Shown in pieces: positions 1 to 14,192 of a stretch of DNA of 64,000 bases. The notes beneath the pieces were generated by a model. That model was given only the letters and a program-made list of their open reading frames with translations. It did not search any database and was not told the DNA's origin. Origin of the DNA: the human T2T-CHM13v2.0 reference genome, Homo sapiens. Each line of letters begins with the position of its first letter. The stretch's first letter is position 1. The stretch lies in the NCBI RefSeq assembly GCF_009914755.1, contig NC_060927.1. One strand, 5' to 3'. A program made the translations under genes and the position numbers.

Positions 1-1066
1 GAAATGCTACTATTATCTCCCCATTTGGACAAGGGTCCTAGCCACATGTAATCTTTTGAGAGGTTATTTGTCTAATTTTCTTTCTCCAAAACCACAAATT
101 TTCTAGGAGAATGGTAATTATATTGTAAACATTTGGCTTTGCCATTATTGCTAATAGCATTACAATTTTCTAACAATAAACCTGAAATTTTCCATGAAAT
201 ATAAACACAATCAGCTGTCAAAGCCCTTTTTAGTTTACAAAGACTTAGAAAAAAGAATTCTTGGATTTTTCTCAAGAACACAAAAAAATGGCATTTTAAT
301 AGCTCTTTTCCTTGTTTCAATGTTTTAATGAATCTTGTCTATAATTCCCAACTCTGAATATTACTGTGCAATCACATTCTTCTCGTGTTTTAACATATAG
401 GTGAATTTGACAATTAGAAATTTATTTGATGATTAGAAACATGATTAACTATAAATTCAAGGTTTGGCTTTGATTTCTAAAGAAATGAGCTACACTAAGT
501 TTTAGAACAACATAGCGATAGTGAAGGAAAATAAAAACAATGTGATAAAGTGTAAAACAGACTAGAAAACAATTTAAGTCCAAAGAGCTAATTTAGTTAA
601 CCAATAATCATAGAACTAATTTCTAATTTTGGCAAAACTTACTTTTAAATTTCACCGATATATAGGCAAAAACTGTGATCAGTACTTTAGAAATGAAAGA
701 TTAGTCACTCTGATGAGATAGTAGAATTTCTGTATATATAATAGAACCCAAATTAATTTGGGAATGTTTAGAGTGTTTTTACCCACTCCACAGAGAGTTT
801 CTCAAATGGCACAACAGTCTTCTCTCTTCCTTCCTCTTCCTAACGAGTGGATATTCCACCCCATTATTTTTTAAAGAAGCTACACCAATTTATAGGATAC
901 AGCAATGGATGGAGAAGTCCTAGAAAGGACTGGATGCTATAGGGATGGAAAAAGATCTGAAAATTTTGTGGACAGGGAAACTTCGTAGCACGTGTGAGGG
1001 AAGTGGGTAGAAAAGATAACAAAATGCTACTATCTCCATGGAAAATGTTGCTAGATCCCCTTTTTG

Positions 1067-1245
1067 TAGGGTTGCCACATGCAAAAACATTTACAGGATT
1101 CATAGTTAAATTTCAAGTAAACAACAAATAATTTTTTAGGATAAACATATCCCAAAGATCATTGGATCATTCCATACATTTTTTTCCTTTTCTTTGTTTT
1201 CTTTCTGTTTCTTTTCAAATATTTTGGCTAAATCTAGCAGCCCTG
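1067..1245. mobile_element. MER53-like hAT MITE remnant
   Basis: Terminal inverted repeats TAGGGTTGCCA (1067) and AATCTAGCAGCCCTG (ends 1245). Internal 'agttaaatttcaagtaaacaacaaataattttttag' matches the recalled MER53 left arm. The right arm is largely replaced by a T/C-rich tract. Confidence 0.7.
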
Positions 1246-2189
1246 TGTGACATTTTTGATTAAGGGATAGGCTCTTCTAAAATTTGGCATAGTCTTCTCT
1301 GAGATAGGATGAGGCAGATGCAGCTTTTAAAGGCCTCATTTTGAACAATAAGCATATGGCCAATGTCTTCGGAAATTCCTGAAGTTGGGTAAAACCTGGC
1401 TCTTGAATATCTTAAATTTGCTGTGGTAGATCCTTGGTATTCAAAGGTCTGAGTGTTTAAGCATGAGCAAACTAACAATAATAATAATTTAATAAAAGTT
1501 CAAAACTTCATAAAATGTAATAATATAATCTGTTGCAATAAACTTGTTTTTGTTTCCCAGGGAGTTCATCCCATAATTAAAGCAATTATGGAAAGAAACA
1601 GATGTATACAGGAAGGTCAGCTTTACTATAATTATTCACTCTCTATATTTAGCTGGAATTTTTTTAAAAAAGCAAAGTTCATTTCCACAGCAGAACAGAG
1701 AAGGATTCTTCAATTGCAATTTTACTTACATATTTTAAAATTTAAATTTTGAGGAGAAATCATATGCACAAAGCTGTGATTTAGCTTTCTTTTTGAGTTC
1801 ACCAAAGAGCGAAAGAACTGTTCATGAAATATGGGGTATGACTGCATTCAAAAGGTGCTATAATTAATCACAATACGTTTTCCTAACAGTTTAGGAAAAT
1901 ATAGAATATCCATACTATAAGGTCTCAGCCTCATCCATCTGTATTTTACTGTTCTAGTAGATTAAACAGGTATCTGATTAGAAATAAAAGTTGAAGGGTC
2001 TTTTGTTTCTTTTTATTTTTAGCTTTGCTAATGGATTTCTCTTCTACCCTTAGATGTTGGTACATATTCCTATATTCCGCCAACAAACCTTTGACAGTCC
2101 TTCATTGAACTGCTCCCTCTTAGTTCAGGAACATTGAACATGGTGATCTTTCTGGGTAGAAAACAAACTCTTCCCAACTTCTGCACTCC

Positions 2190-2490
2190 TATCAAACTAA
2201 CTCCTACTTATTCTCCCTGTCTCTGCTTAGAAGACACTTCTTCTGAGAAGCCACTTTTAACCAAGACAGACTGGGTGACCCTATAATTAGCTCCAATACA
2301 TCTTGACCTTACATGAGACACCACAATTATTATAATCAATTGTAAATGTTCATTTGTTCATATGTCCCACTAGGGAGAAAGTTCCTTTAGGACAGAATCT
2401 TATTTGCAACATTATCTCTAGTAACTTAACACAGTCTTCCCACAGAACAAGTCCCCAGTAACTATTGTTGAATGAATGAGGAAATAAATG
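2190..2490 (+). mobile_element. L2 LINE 3' fragment
   Basis: Ends in the typical L2 tail 'tattgttgaatgaatga', preceded by degenerate L2 3'UTR motifs. Boundaries approximate. Confidence 0.55.
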
Positions 2491-3986
2491 ATGTTTGTGC
2501 TGCTAGGAATGTAATTTGCTCCGGCAGATCTTCCAATGGCAAACTGGTTGCATCAGCAGTGCAAACACAGCCATTCCAACTAAAAACCACTGAATATTGC
2601 CACTATTAGCAAAAAATCAGTGGAATTCAGGCATCGATGTTTTGTCTGCTTTTGGTACAATCTGTTCCTTTGAAAAATACCCATGGAAATGTGGTTCACT
2701 TCAGATGCAGCCAACTGTGCTCCTATCCTGTGTCACAAATCACAGCTGTGAAGCTATATTAGTTTCTATCATCACTGAATAGAGTAATACCACTCTCTAT
2801 TAAATCCCCCACCTTGGGAAGTCATGTGAATAGCTCAGACATCTTTGCAAACTATCAGTCAATGAATGGTTCAGTTCATTTTTTAATTTTGAGTCACACT
2901 GCAACTGAGGCCATGGCTACATAGTCAATATTTGACCATTGGAAGCTTAAATTGTTACCCAGGCTGATTACTGTTCAATTGGTCAGTTGCCCAGAAGATA
3001 ATCCCACTGGCTGTGCTAATAACAGACATAATTAGTTATATTTAAAAAATTTTTTTAGTATCTCGAAAGCTGGTTTAAACAGACCATTAAAATCTGCTCA
3101 TTGGCTGAGCAATCAACCTGCCAATATCAGCCATGAGTCACTACTGAGACTCAGATGATGGTGGGTGAGTTAAGATGAAAAATTTGATAATTGATATAAG
3201 TTTCTACATTTGATTACATGTCCTTTAAATGGAGGAAGGCTAGAATAGGAAATAAGAAGGTCCTGATATTTGTTTGAGTCTGATTTTGTGGAAAACAAAA
3301 TAGAAAATCAAAAAAATAAATTCATACTCATTTAAAAACGAAAAGGGTGTTTTCCTCTCCCTCCAATTATTAATAACTTAATATGGCAGGCTAAGCTCAA
3401 GTATTATATATATTGATTCAAAATACCCTACAAGTAAGGTGTTCTCCTATATTGTTCTAGTTTAGTGATAGGCATTATAACATATAACCTTCATTCGTGG
3501 AGAGCTTAGACAATATGGAGCAGTTTCAGCAATTTTCATAATATACTGTCATTGTTGGGATGAGATGCGATAGCAGTGATGGTCTTATATTATTGCTCCT
3601 TGAGTGATTTGGGATATGTAGCCCAACTGAGTTTAAATACCAGCTAACTACCTTTAAAGTGCCTGGGGAATTGAAGTAGCTATATTTCAGAATATTTGTA
3701 TCAAAGAGGATCAGCCTATCAGATTTGATATAGGCTTTCCAATTTATCTATTTTGTTCTGAGCACTACCCACTTGAAAACTCTGTGGTGTTATTTTAAAG
3801 CCTGTTTTGATATATGTGTTAGATACTGATGGAATATGTTCAGCCAGATGTAATGGGAAAAAAATACCTAGGCTTCACCTGGGCTATTTTCTTGAGCTTT
3901 ATTAAAAAAAAATACCAAATAGTTAATGTTGCCTTGGTATTTAGTATCTTAGTCTGGGGAACCTTGGAAATAATCCATCCCATATA

Positions 3987-4316
3987 CAGTCAAGCACGGC
4001 ATAAACAAGTTTCACTTAAGGACAGACTGCATATATGAAACTGTTTCCATAAGATTATGGTACCATATTTTTTATTGTACCATTTCTATGTTTAGATATA
4101 AGATACAGACATACCATTGCGTCACAATTGCCTACAGTATCCGGGACAGTAACCTGCAGTGCAGGCTTGTTGCCTAGGAGCAATAGGTTGTACCATATAG
4201 CCTAGGTGTGTAGTAGCCCACACTATACTGCTCTGAGTCACTCTGATGTTCACACAACAATGGAATAACCTATCAATGCATTTCTCAGAATATAGCTGTT
4301 AAGCAACACATGACTG
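3987..4316 (+). mobile_element. Tigger3a (MER7A/Golem-type) non-autonomous DNA transposon
   Basis: TIRs CAGTCAAGC...CATGACTG flanked by TA on both sides (3985-3986, 4317-4318). Internal 'gcctaggagcaatagg..taccatatagcctaggtgtgtagtag' matches the recalled consensus. Confidence 0.85.
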
Positions 4317-5159
4317 TATCTTCAGTTGATTTATATTTTATGATTACAGAAGGATGTCTGTTAAGAAATGCCAAATGATAATTATAAATAAGCTCAATTA
4401 ATTCATAAATGTGGCCTCTGAGTCTTCCAAATTTCAGCCATTTTGCTTTCAGGAAACCTGTACTGAGTCATAGTGTCATTTTTAAAAAAAAAAAATTTAA
4501 ATGTCTTAGAGTCTGACAGATGTATAACAGAAAGCATGTGAAAGGGAAATGTTTTACTTAAGTTACAATGCTAGAAACATTGTCAAAACAGTACAAAATA
4601 CTTCACTTCAAATCATTAGCTCTTTAAAAACACACCTAGAATGCATAACTACCCAAATCATCAACTAATCCTAATTTCAGAATTGTTAGTAATTGATAAG
4701 GACATGGCATTCTTTTGGAGTGAAAAAATCCAAAAGAAAATAACCAAAAACGAACTAGGGATGATCCCTCCAGCACCTGCTTTTATTGCTAGTGCAACAC
4801 TGACCTAAGATATTTGGGATGGGAACTTCTCCTGGATATGCATGTTGGAGAACAGCCCTGTATCCTCAAGGACTCCAATTTGGAAATCTTACTCCTTAAC
4901 CCCTCTAACTTCCATGATCTTTCATTGAAACAAAGCAATCAAATACCTATAAATGCTCCAAATGTCTAGGGGACCTCCTTACTTGACTTTGAGCATCATT
5001 TGTGTTTAGAAGCCTCCACTATTATCATTTATAGACTTCAGAATTAGAGACTCACAGTCGCCCCTTTCTTTCAGCTTTAAAATGTGGAAATAATCTAAAT
5101 GTATCCCAGACTACTTTATTTTAAAATGTAGCCCTTTCAACCCAATCCAACCCAGCTCT

Positions 5160-5352
5160 CTCTTGCTAGATTTAATTTTCTCCATAGCAGAAAGCACCAT
5201 CAGACCTACGAAGTATTTCATTCATTTATCTATCTCTACAACCTAGGATGCAAGCTCAAATAATGAAGGGGTTTTGTCCATTTTGTTCACACTGTATCCC
5301 CAGGAACTCATTAAGTATGCAGGCCTAACAAATATCTGTTGAACAGAAATGA
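5160..5352 (+). mobile_element. L2 LINE 3' fragment
   Basis: 'ttttctccatagca...ttttgttcacactgtatcccc...aaatatctgttgaa' is the L2a 3' end pattern. Confidence 0.6.
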
Positions 5353-6439
5353 GTCACTATATACACTACAATAATAAACTACTAGTTAATCAAGGCAGTC
5401 AAGTGGAAATCAAATCTAGACTTGGGGAAGGAGAGATTTAATTCAAAAAAGCTACTGAAATATGAGGAAGTGAGAAGAGGGGTCACTGCCTTCGAGAGAT
5501 CACTCTGATCCAAAGATCTGTGGATGTCTCAAAGATCAAGCCAAAGAAAGGTTTTTGTTTTGTTGGAAAGAGTAAACAAGATTAGAAAGAACTGAGTGTG
5601 GGAAAGGGAGTGAGCAGGTGTCATCTTTACATGGTTGGTCAGAGAATCTTTTTCCCTGAGGTCAACCTATTCTTCATAGGGACTGTTAAGAAGGTGCTGT
5701 TTTGCATTCTAATGCGGGCTCAAGGATGAGTCAATGTCCTATGGCCTACGGGAGTGAGAAGCCTGATTACAGTTGGTCAAGTCAAGTTAAATAGGTATTT
5801 CGTTCAGATTGTCCAATGGAGGCTGAACATTTCAGCTAATCATTGACAAGATAATGAATGAGGATTTGCAGAGTCTGTGTTTGACTTTGACCTAACTGAA
5901 CAAGGTGAGGGAGCACCTGCAAATCTTATAAAAGTAATATGAAAAGTCATATGTGATTTTTTGCAGTAAGTCATTTCCCCTAATAGAAAAAGGTGGTGAG
6001 ATTTTTTGACTGCTGCTATTTTCCAGGAGCATAAGACTTGGATAAAGTTAAACATTTTCAAGTGGTTTAGTTCTATACTACCACCAATGAAAAAAAAAAG
6101 CTCCAAGTGAAAAATGTAATCAAACAAGAAGTGACACATATAGAAATTGTGTTGTACATCCCGTATATCAAGTACATTGTGTTATATATATTTTTCTCAT
6201 TCCAGCTCTGTCACTTAGTAGAAGTTGCTTCATTCACATATTTACCATGCATACTAAACACAAAGACAAACAGCATGGAAATGTGTGCAATTTTGCCGGC
6301 TATTCCTTTCTGTGAGCACCTGCCCCAAATGAATGGGAGATGGGAACATATTCTTCCCAAGTTTCACAGTACTAATTGCAATTCTCCTATTTTTTATACA
6401 CAAGGAACCTCATGCACAGACCAGCCACTTTTATGCGGT

Positions 6440-7008
6440 GTCTCCATCTTAGTAAATGACAAATTGACAGGTTCAGTTGCTTTTGCCCCAAATCTGAGGC
6501 CATCCTTACTTCTCCTATCTTTTGTCCATACTACATCTTGAATCTACCCACAAATCCCATCGCTTCTACCTTTAAAACACATGCAGAATCTGACCACCTT
6601 TCACCAGTCATTCCCCTACCCTGGTCTGAGGACATCCACTGTGTTTTTCTAATTGCCTCCTTTATGCCTGCATGATCGTTCAGCAGAGCTTCTACCTCCC
6701 TGCTCCTTCTGCCTAGAATGTCCTCTCCCCATCACAGCTCTCTCCCTGAATCTTTGGTTCTTGCCTCTGATGTCACCCATCAGAGAAGTCTTCCCTGATT
6801 TTCCCGTGTACCTATGTAAAATAACAACCTCCTCATCCCTTAGCATTCCCTTCCTCTGCTTTATTTTTCTCTGTAGCACTACCTACTTGGATTCATTCTT
6901 TCTCTCTCATTCTATTACCGATTTTTTTCACTGCTGATATCCCCAGCACCTAAAACAGCATCTGATACAGACAAGGATTTCAATAGATATTTGTTGAATA
7001 ATAAATGA
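6440..7008 (+). mobile_element. L2 LINE 3' fragment
   Basis: L2 motifs 'cagaatctgaccacc', 'ctgcctagaatgtcct', 'tcagagaagtcttccctga', 'tatccccagcacctaaaacag', and tail 'tatttgttgaata'. Confidence 0.65.
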
Positions 7009-7240
7009 TTTATACTTTAATGAAATTTAAAGTTCTCTGTACAACTGTTGTGCTTTGGGAGATTAGAAGGAAAAAAAGAGAACAAACTGTCAGCACTGCT
7101 AAAGAATTTTTCACAGACTTTCATGATTATTACCTCTTAGAAAAAAGAACAATACCTACCACATTGAAATAAAATCACATTTTTGTTGTTGTTTAAACTC
7201 AATTACGAATCTTAGATAAGTGCTATAATACTAAGCTTAC

Positions 7241-7503
7241 TTTTTTCTTTCTTTTATTTTTTCAGAGAGAGTATCTTGATCTGTCACCCAGGCTGGAGTG
7301 TTGTGCCATGATCTCTGCCTCCCAGGATCAAGCCATTCTCCCACCTCAGCCTCCTGACTAGCTGGGACTACAGATGCACATCACTACGCCTAGCTAATAT
7401 TTTGTATTTTTGTTTTGTAGTGACAGGTTTCACCATGTTGTCCAGGCTAGTCTTGAACTCCTGAGCTCAAATGATCCACCTGCCTCCCAAAGTGTACCCA
7501 GCC
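7241..7503 (-). mobile_element. AluJ-type SINE with internal deletions
   Basis: Reverse-strand Alu dimer with TSD TAAGCTTAC at 7232-7240 and 7504-7512. Several short deletions relative to consensus. Confidence 0.9.
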
Positions 7504-8309
7504 TAAGCTTACATTTTAAGTGCCATTCAGATGGGTATCATTTCAGATCTTACTCATCATTTTATACCCAGTATCTGCTACAGGAAAAAAGGTTGGCATA
7601 ACTTGAACAGAAAAAGTTTAGATTTTCTAAATTTGTATTTTCCATCAGTTGGGCCACTAGTCATTAGTTCTGTATACTCCCCAGATTGGTTCAGGAAGAT
7701 AAGGCACTGAGAGATATGCTCCAGCTCCTAAGGGAAAATTCTGATAAGAGTTGGACCAGTTAGGAGTACGCCATTGTTTTACGGAGAGGGACATGAAGAG
7801 GGATGCCTACAAAAGGTCTAAGATCTGAACCCAGACACAACCTTGTAGAAATGACATAAAATCTGTTCTGTTTGCATGATATTCTAAGATCTGACTCTAC
7901 ATCTCACTCCCCTTGAGTAGGAGCCTTGGCCAGGCCCAATTGTGCAGTAAGCCATCGACAGGATTTCATTCCTAGCTGCATTTTGTTGGGAGAAGGAAGC
8001 TAGGACCATGAAAAAATCTTGTCCAGGGATAAGAAGTGGAAGAATAAGTGTAAGAACCTAGATGTGAGTTTCCTTTATTGATAAAAATCCAATAAATAAA
8101 CCTCTCTTGTTATGAGTGGCCTAGGGAGAATAGAAATAGAAACTCTGACTTTTTTAGACTGGTTCAAATCTATTCTATAAGTCATCTGAAAAAAGTTTTC
8201 ATCTTGATAATAATAAAATAAAATGATATTAATATCTGAGATTTTGTGCTGATTAAAATATAATCATCAACCTGGTACCAAAGATTTACAAAAAGTAGGC
8301 AGTCACAAG

Positions 8310-8580
8310 ACTCATAGAAGTGTAAATTAGTACAAAGTTTATAGAGGGCAAATTGGTAATATGCATCCCAACCATTACCGCATCCATGCCCTTTTTAATC
8401 TACCCATTTCATTTCTAGGATTTTTATTTTGCCCTCTGTCCAAAATTTATAGATGTGCAAAAATAATTTATATAGAAGATAGTTTTCAAGGTTGTTTAAA
8501 ACAGCAAAAATTTGGAAGCAATCTAAATGTCCAACAAAGATGAATTATTTTAAAAATTACAGGGTATCCATGAACCAAAG
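8310..8580 (+). mobile_element. Old L1M (L1ME-like) fragment
   Basis: 'gtgtaaattagtacaa', 'catttctagga' and 'agcaaaaatttggaagcaatctaaatgtccaaca' are L1 ORF2-end/3'UTR motifs. Confidence 0.6.
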
Positions 8581-8674
8581 TATATTATTAAAGTGTATTA
8601 TTCTTTTAAAAATACTGTGCAGGGCAAACTATAAGCTGGTCAAACAAAAAATAAATTATCCAAGCCTGGCTTGG

Positions 8675-8759
8675 GAGCTGCCAGTTTAAAATCTCTTAAA
8701 CTCATCATAAACATAGAGCTGCCAGTTTAAAATCTCTTACATTCAACATAAACAAAGAG
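8675..8759. repeat. 41-bp tandem duplication
   Basis: gagctgccagtttaaaatctctta... starts at 8675 and 8716. The first 24 nt are identical; 4 mismatches over 41 nt. Confidence 0.9.
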
Positions 8760-10538
8760 TTCTTCCTGCTTGTGTTTGTTTTGTTCTTTCAGCCTGGAAC
8801 ATTTTTCTTTGCCTAACTCATCATCCTCTACCATCAAAACTGTCCTCTTTCTTCAAATCTACTCTCTTTCTTTGATTTTCAATATTTTAATACCTTTAAT
8901 TCATTTCCAACTTCAAAGTATTTTTGTAATTTTGATGTATAAATTAAGATTTCTAATATTTCTTCCAAATCAGATGAGTCAACAGCTCAAGGCCAGTGTT
9001 CTCACATGGAATGAATGGGGTGGAGCCAGGTGATGGTCAGAATGTTTAACAACCATTAGAACACCAGCACCAAGCAGGCAGAGGAGCCTTCAGCTGCAGT
9101 GCTGGGGCACGGCTCTGGTTTTTACCTTCTAGTTGTCAGATCACTGGGTCATCCTAGTAGTTCCTGGGAGATAATCCAGGGTATGTGGAGGCTCTTGGGG
9201 AATAGAGCACTCATGAACTCTGGGTAAAACAATTTACCCACAGTTGTGTGTCTTCTGTTAAGAATGTTTTCAAATAAAAAGAACAAGTATAATCAGAGAC
9301 TTGCTCAAGACCCCAGAGGTGACTGAGTCCAGTGATTTTTCCATTCTTTTGTTCAATCCAGAAGAATGTCACTTTGAATGCTAATAGAATATTAAAGGAC
9401 AAATTGGAGAGAGGAAGCAAAAACAAATTGTTGTAATCTGTGTGTCCAATAAATGAGGGGGCTGGGAGAACCAATGGAGATCATGGGATTGACAAAAGAG
9501 GAACACATGTCTCCATTTCTGCCCATCAAAAGCTTCTAGAGATGAAAGAAGGCAACTACTACATGGTTTTATAATGGATGCAATTTGTACTTAGAAGAAA
9601 ACAACGTTTTGCAGATTAGCATTCAAGGAAATTCTGCTTTCTTTTTCTGGTCTACTGACCTTAACAAGGTTTCCTTTATTTTGTGCTCTCTTGCTTTCAT
9701 GTTTAAACACCATTTTCTCTCCCCACAATAAAGTATAACAATGATAAAAATTAAGTTTCAAAAAAGGTTTCTAAGCATACCATTGAAACTGTTACATTTC
9801 TCCTCAAAAGCAACATATTTGACTCCCCTTTTATTAACTCTAATAACATTCAATTATTGTGCAAAGTTCCCAAACTTCATTCCAAAGGCAGCCATCTGGG
9901 AAAGGAAGTCATGCTCAGAAACTTCTCCAGAACCAGTCTTCAAACTAGATACCTTCAATGTATAATTCAGTGTAATTCTGGCCCCTTGACTATGCCGATG
10001 TGTTCAGAAATGCATGCAAGACCTTTTGTCTTGGAGCTGGGAAACTTTTCCTAGAAATACATAGGAAGAGAAGCTTTCCCCATGGAATTTCTGAGATTTC
10101 TTTCCTCATAAGGCATAAAAATGCCTGATGGGCTCCCCAGGACCTTATATCATCAATTTTCATCTTTTAAGCCAAGAAAGAGAGGCAGAATCTGGAAATG
10201 ACTTGATCTCCTGGATGTAACCATGCCTGAAACTATTGTACTCCCATTAACCTTTTTTTTTTTTTTTTTTTTGACTGGAGCCAGTCTGAACTGAGATTTT
10301 GGCACTTGATGAATACATTTGAGATTAAATCTCGTGAATATGTGTAATGGTGTTGTTACCAACTACTGATTAGAAATAGTGACACATGGACAATTTCCTT
10401 CAACATACAACTTCAAAATACTGAAAAGAATAAACTAAAATTGCCGAAAAAGGGAGAGGAGGGGAATGATTAAATTAGTCACATAGGAAGGTCATCTGTC
10501 CATAAGCACTCTCGAAATAATTGATCCTATTTGAAGAC

Positions 10539-10903
10539 TGTATTCGTTCATTTTCATGCTGCTGATAAAGACATACCCAAGACTGGGCAATTTACAAAAG
10601 AAAGAGGTTTATAAGACTTAATGGCTAGGGAGGCCTCACAATCATGGTGGAAGGTGAAAGGCAAAGAGGAGCAAGTCACATCTTACATGGATGGCAGCAG
10701 GCAAAGGGAGCTTGTGCAGGGAAACTGCAGTTTTTATAACTATCAGATCTCATGAAACTTATACACTATCACAAGAATAGCAGGGGAAAGACTTGCCACC
10801 ATGATTCAATTACCTCTCACCAGATTCCTCTCATGATACTTGGGAATTTTGGGAGTTACAATTCAAGATGAGATTTGGGTGGGGACACAGCCAAACCAGA
10901 TCA
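10539..10903 (-). mobile_element. THE1 (THE1A-like, ERVL-MaLR) solo LTR
   Basis: TG...CA termini, 'gctgctgataaagacatacccaagactgggcaatttacaaaagaaagagg', and a 5-bp TSD AAGAC (10534-10538 / 10904-10908). Confidence 0.9.
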
Positions 10904-10996
10904 AAGACCTTCAACTTGTGACTGCAAAATGGGATACTTCACTCACTTTTTTTTTTTAACCTAACACTTGCAATAGTTACCTTTCTCTATTAGCCA

Positions 10997-11296
<300 letters not shown>

Positions 11297-11299
11297 TCA

Positions 11300-11573
11300 T
11301 TTTTTTTTTTTTTTGTCCCCCATGCTGTAGCACCATGGCACCATCTCAGCTCAATGCAACCTCTGCTTCCCAGGCTCAATAAATCCTCCCACCTCAGACT
11401 TCCAAATAGCTGGGACTACAGGTGTACACCTGGCTAATTAGAAAAAAAATTTTTGTAGATACAGGGTTTTGCCATGTTGCCCAGGCTGGTCTCCAACTCC
11501 TAGGCTCAAATGATTTTCCCACCTCAGCCTCCAAATATTCTAGGACTACAGGCATGAGCCACCATGTCTGGCC
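11300..11573 (-). mobile_element. AluJ SINE
   Basis: Reverse Alu with J-type 'caggctcaa..tcctcccacctcag' and 'ttgcccaggctggtctccaactcctaggctcaa'. Confidence 0.85.
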
Positions 11574-11759
11574 CATTTCCATTTTCTGCACTCATATTTA
11601 ACATGAGTAATTCGCATTTGCAGTTGATATGTAGAGGTCACTGAATTGTTTATTATTATATGAAAGAGAAAGCTTCACAGACTTTCATTTCTTTTTTCTT
11701 TTTATGTTTTTCCTGTATCTTATGGGAGAGGAATTATTCTTTGAGTGGTAACTAAGGAT

Positions 11760-12175
11760 CTCACACTTTACATACATTATGCCACTTTAGTCTCAAAACA
11801 GGCCTGAAAAGGTGGATTTCTCCACTTTTTCCAGCTTATACATATGGAGATTTTGCCAAGTTTAAGAAACTTGCCCAAGGTCAAAGCTCATAAATATCCA
11901 AATGGGAATTGGAGCCCAGATTTCCTGTTTTGACAACTCATATTCATGTAATAATAAAAATAAATAGACATAGCAATAAAAACACTTAAATTTACTATGT
12001 TTTAAGTACTTCATGTAACCTAACAATGTTATGTGGTAGATATTCTTCTTATCTTCGTTTCAAGAATGAGACAACTGAAGCACTCGGTTGCTCAAGACTT
12101 CATAGGAAGCAGTAACTCAGATTCAAATCCAGGTCAAACTTCAGGAATCCATGTTTTCAAATACTATGCTCTACT
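11760..12175 (-). mobile_element. Two MIR fragments
   Basis: MIR core motifs 'aacttgcccaaggtca', 'aatgagacaactgaagc' and 'attcaaatccagg'. Confidence 0.55.
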
Positions 12176-14192
12176 GTGTCATGTAATTTAATGACTTTCT
12201 TTAGGCTAGATCCGTGTTTCACAGCCATGTGTTTATTATCATCTTCCTAAGCAGACATTGGAAGTAAAAATCCTCCCATTGGGAATGCATGCCTTCAGGT
12301 ACGTGTTCTTACTGTAGGTTGTGTCTCATTCATCTTCATCATTTCTGCTAACCAAATTTAACACCTTTTCTTCATGAAGTTAATCTTTGTCCTGTGGATT
12401 TGTATATGAGACTCTTGGGTGCATTAATTGATTTGAATAAACAGCATTTGCCCCAAAGCACAACAGTGCTCTTTCAGTAGAACATGGGGAGAAAAAAATC
12501 CTCTCCAGTCTCCCTGCCACTCACACCTTTCCTAAAGATGTAAGACGGTACCATTTTGAATTTAGAGCTACAATCTACAGAAAGATTTCTCAATGGAGTG
12601 CTAAAAATTCCTTTTTGGGGACTCTTCATTTAATGCATCTTCTGAAAAACACCTGTATTTCTATTTGTGAGGTTTGAATACTATATAAAATATAAAGATC
12701 TTCTAACAAACTCAATGTTTGGCTTTCACAGATTGTGAAAGTATTTTTCCCCTAGAGTCTAGAAAATTGGCTCTCATTTCTCTAAATAAAAGAATAACAT
12801 TTAAGGGAAGAAGAGCAATTCTTTTCTATTCAAACATTTGTTTTTGGCTGTGAAGTTACTTGGTATTCCATGAGAAAACAACTGTTAGTATTTTACTTCT
12901 ACCTTGACTGATGTAGCCTTTATTTTATGACTACCACTAAAAGATGAATTATGAATTAATAGGGAATTGTTCATTTCAGTTAAGTCAATAATATCGTTAA
13001 TAAGTGAGGATTGCCCATGAAAAGCCAATAGATCATTGTGTTAAACATTAGTAACTTACATTAAACCCAATGTGACTAATATATTAAATATATATTAGAA
13101 ATTTGTTACACATATCCAGTAATAAACTTATACGAACCTTAAATTTGAGTTATATTTGCTGACTCCAGTCGATATGATAATAGGAGCTATTTTCAAGGCC
13201 TTAGGAGCAGGTTCTCATGCCAGAGACTAGCGAGTAAATTTAATGGACGCTTCCCTGAAGTCAGACTTGCCTCATCTGTGTAGCATTCACATGAATTTTC
13301 AATTCAATTTCAACCTCAAATGGGAGTTCCCACAAATCCAAACACCTTGTTGAAGCAGGAGAAAATGAATTATGCGGATAACAATATTTTATCAAGCTCG
13401 AAACTCAGCTGTGTTATGTCCAAAGTAGTAAAACCGTGTAAATAAATTGCTAAGTCACAGTGAAATTGATGACTTGTATCTCATGTTTTAAAACCAGGAT
13501 GACTAGTTTAAAAAAGAAAAAGAGAGAGACAGAGAGAAAGTTGGAAAATCATTCTTTTGACTTGGCACATTTGATTGTTGTTTCCAAGTTCAAATGACCG
13601 TTGGAGCAAAAAGCTATCCAATTAGACTTAAATAACTTTAATATTATTTTCTGTGTTTGTGTGTTTATGCGTGTGTGTGTCTGTTTGGACTTTTTTAAAA
13701 CTAAGTTTTCCTATTCAAAGATTTTTTTTAAATGTTTGGTTGCATAATATTGTGCTATAACAAGCACATAATTTTCAGCTGATTGTCAATAAAACTTTTA
13801 AAAATGTACATGCCTAGCATACCAATTTTGACATATAGAATAATCCCGGCAGGTTAAGTTCTCATCACCTCCCATACATTTTAGAAACCACTCCCTCCAA
13901 CCAAACTTGGATTCCACCGTAAAGAATACCAAAAAGGCCTAAGCCAGAGATCTATTAAACAAACAAAAGCTAACACTTATCTAGAGAAAACGGCAAGCAC
14001 CAGCTCCTTCCCAAAGAACTGTTTGAAAATGTTTCTGCACCCTGATCTGAGAGTCAGAAAGCAGATGGAGAAGACCTTCTAGAAACAATCTACTCAGCAA
14101 AACAACCATTTCTTAAGTAGGTGGGAGTGGAAAAGAAAGAAAATGAGCAAACTGGAAATAAATGTAGAAGTAGAGAGAAGCACAATAGTTAC

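Noticed and set aside
1067-1245. MER53 as a miR-1302-type hairpin precursor
   Set aside because: The right arm is degraded and replaced by a pyrimidine tract, so the palindrome and mature-miRNA-like sequence are not preserved.
5385-5900. Possible old ERV LTR fragment
   Set aside because: It has an LTR-like texture, but I could not identify termini, TSD or family.
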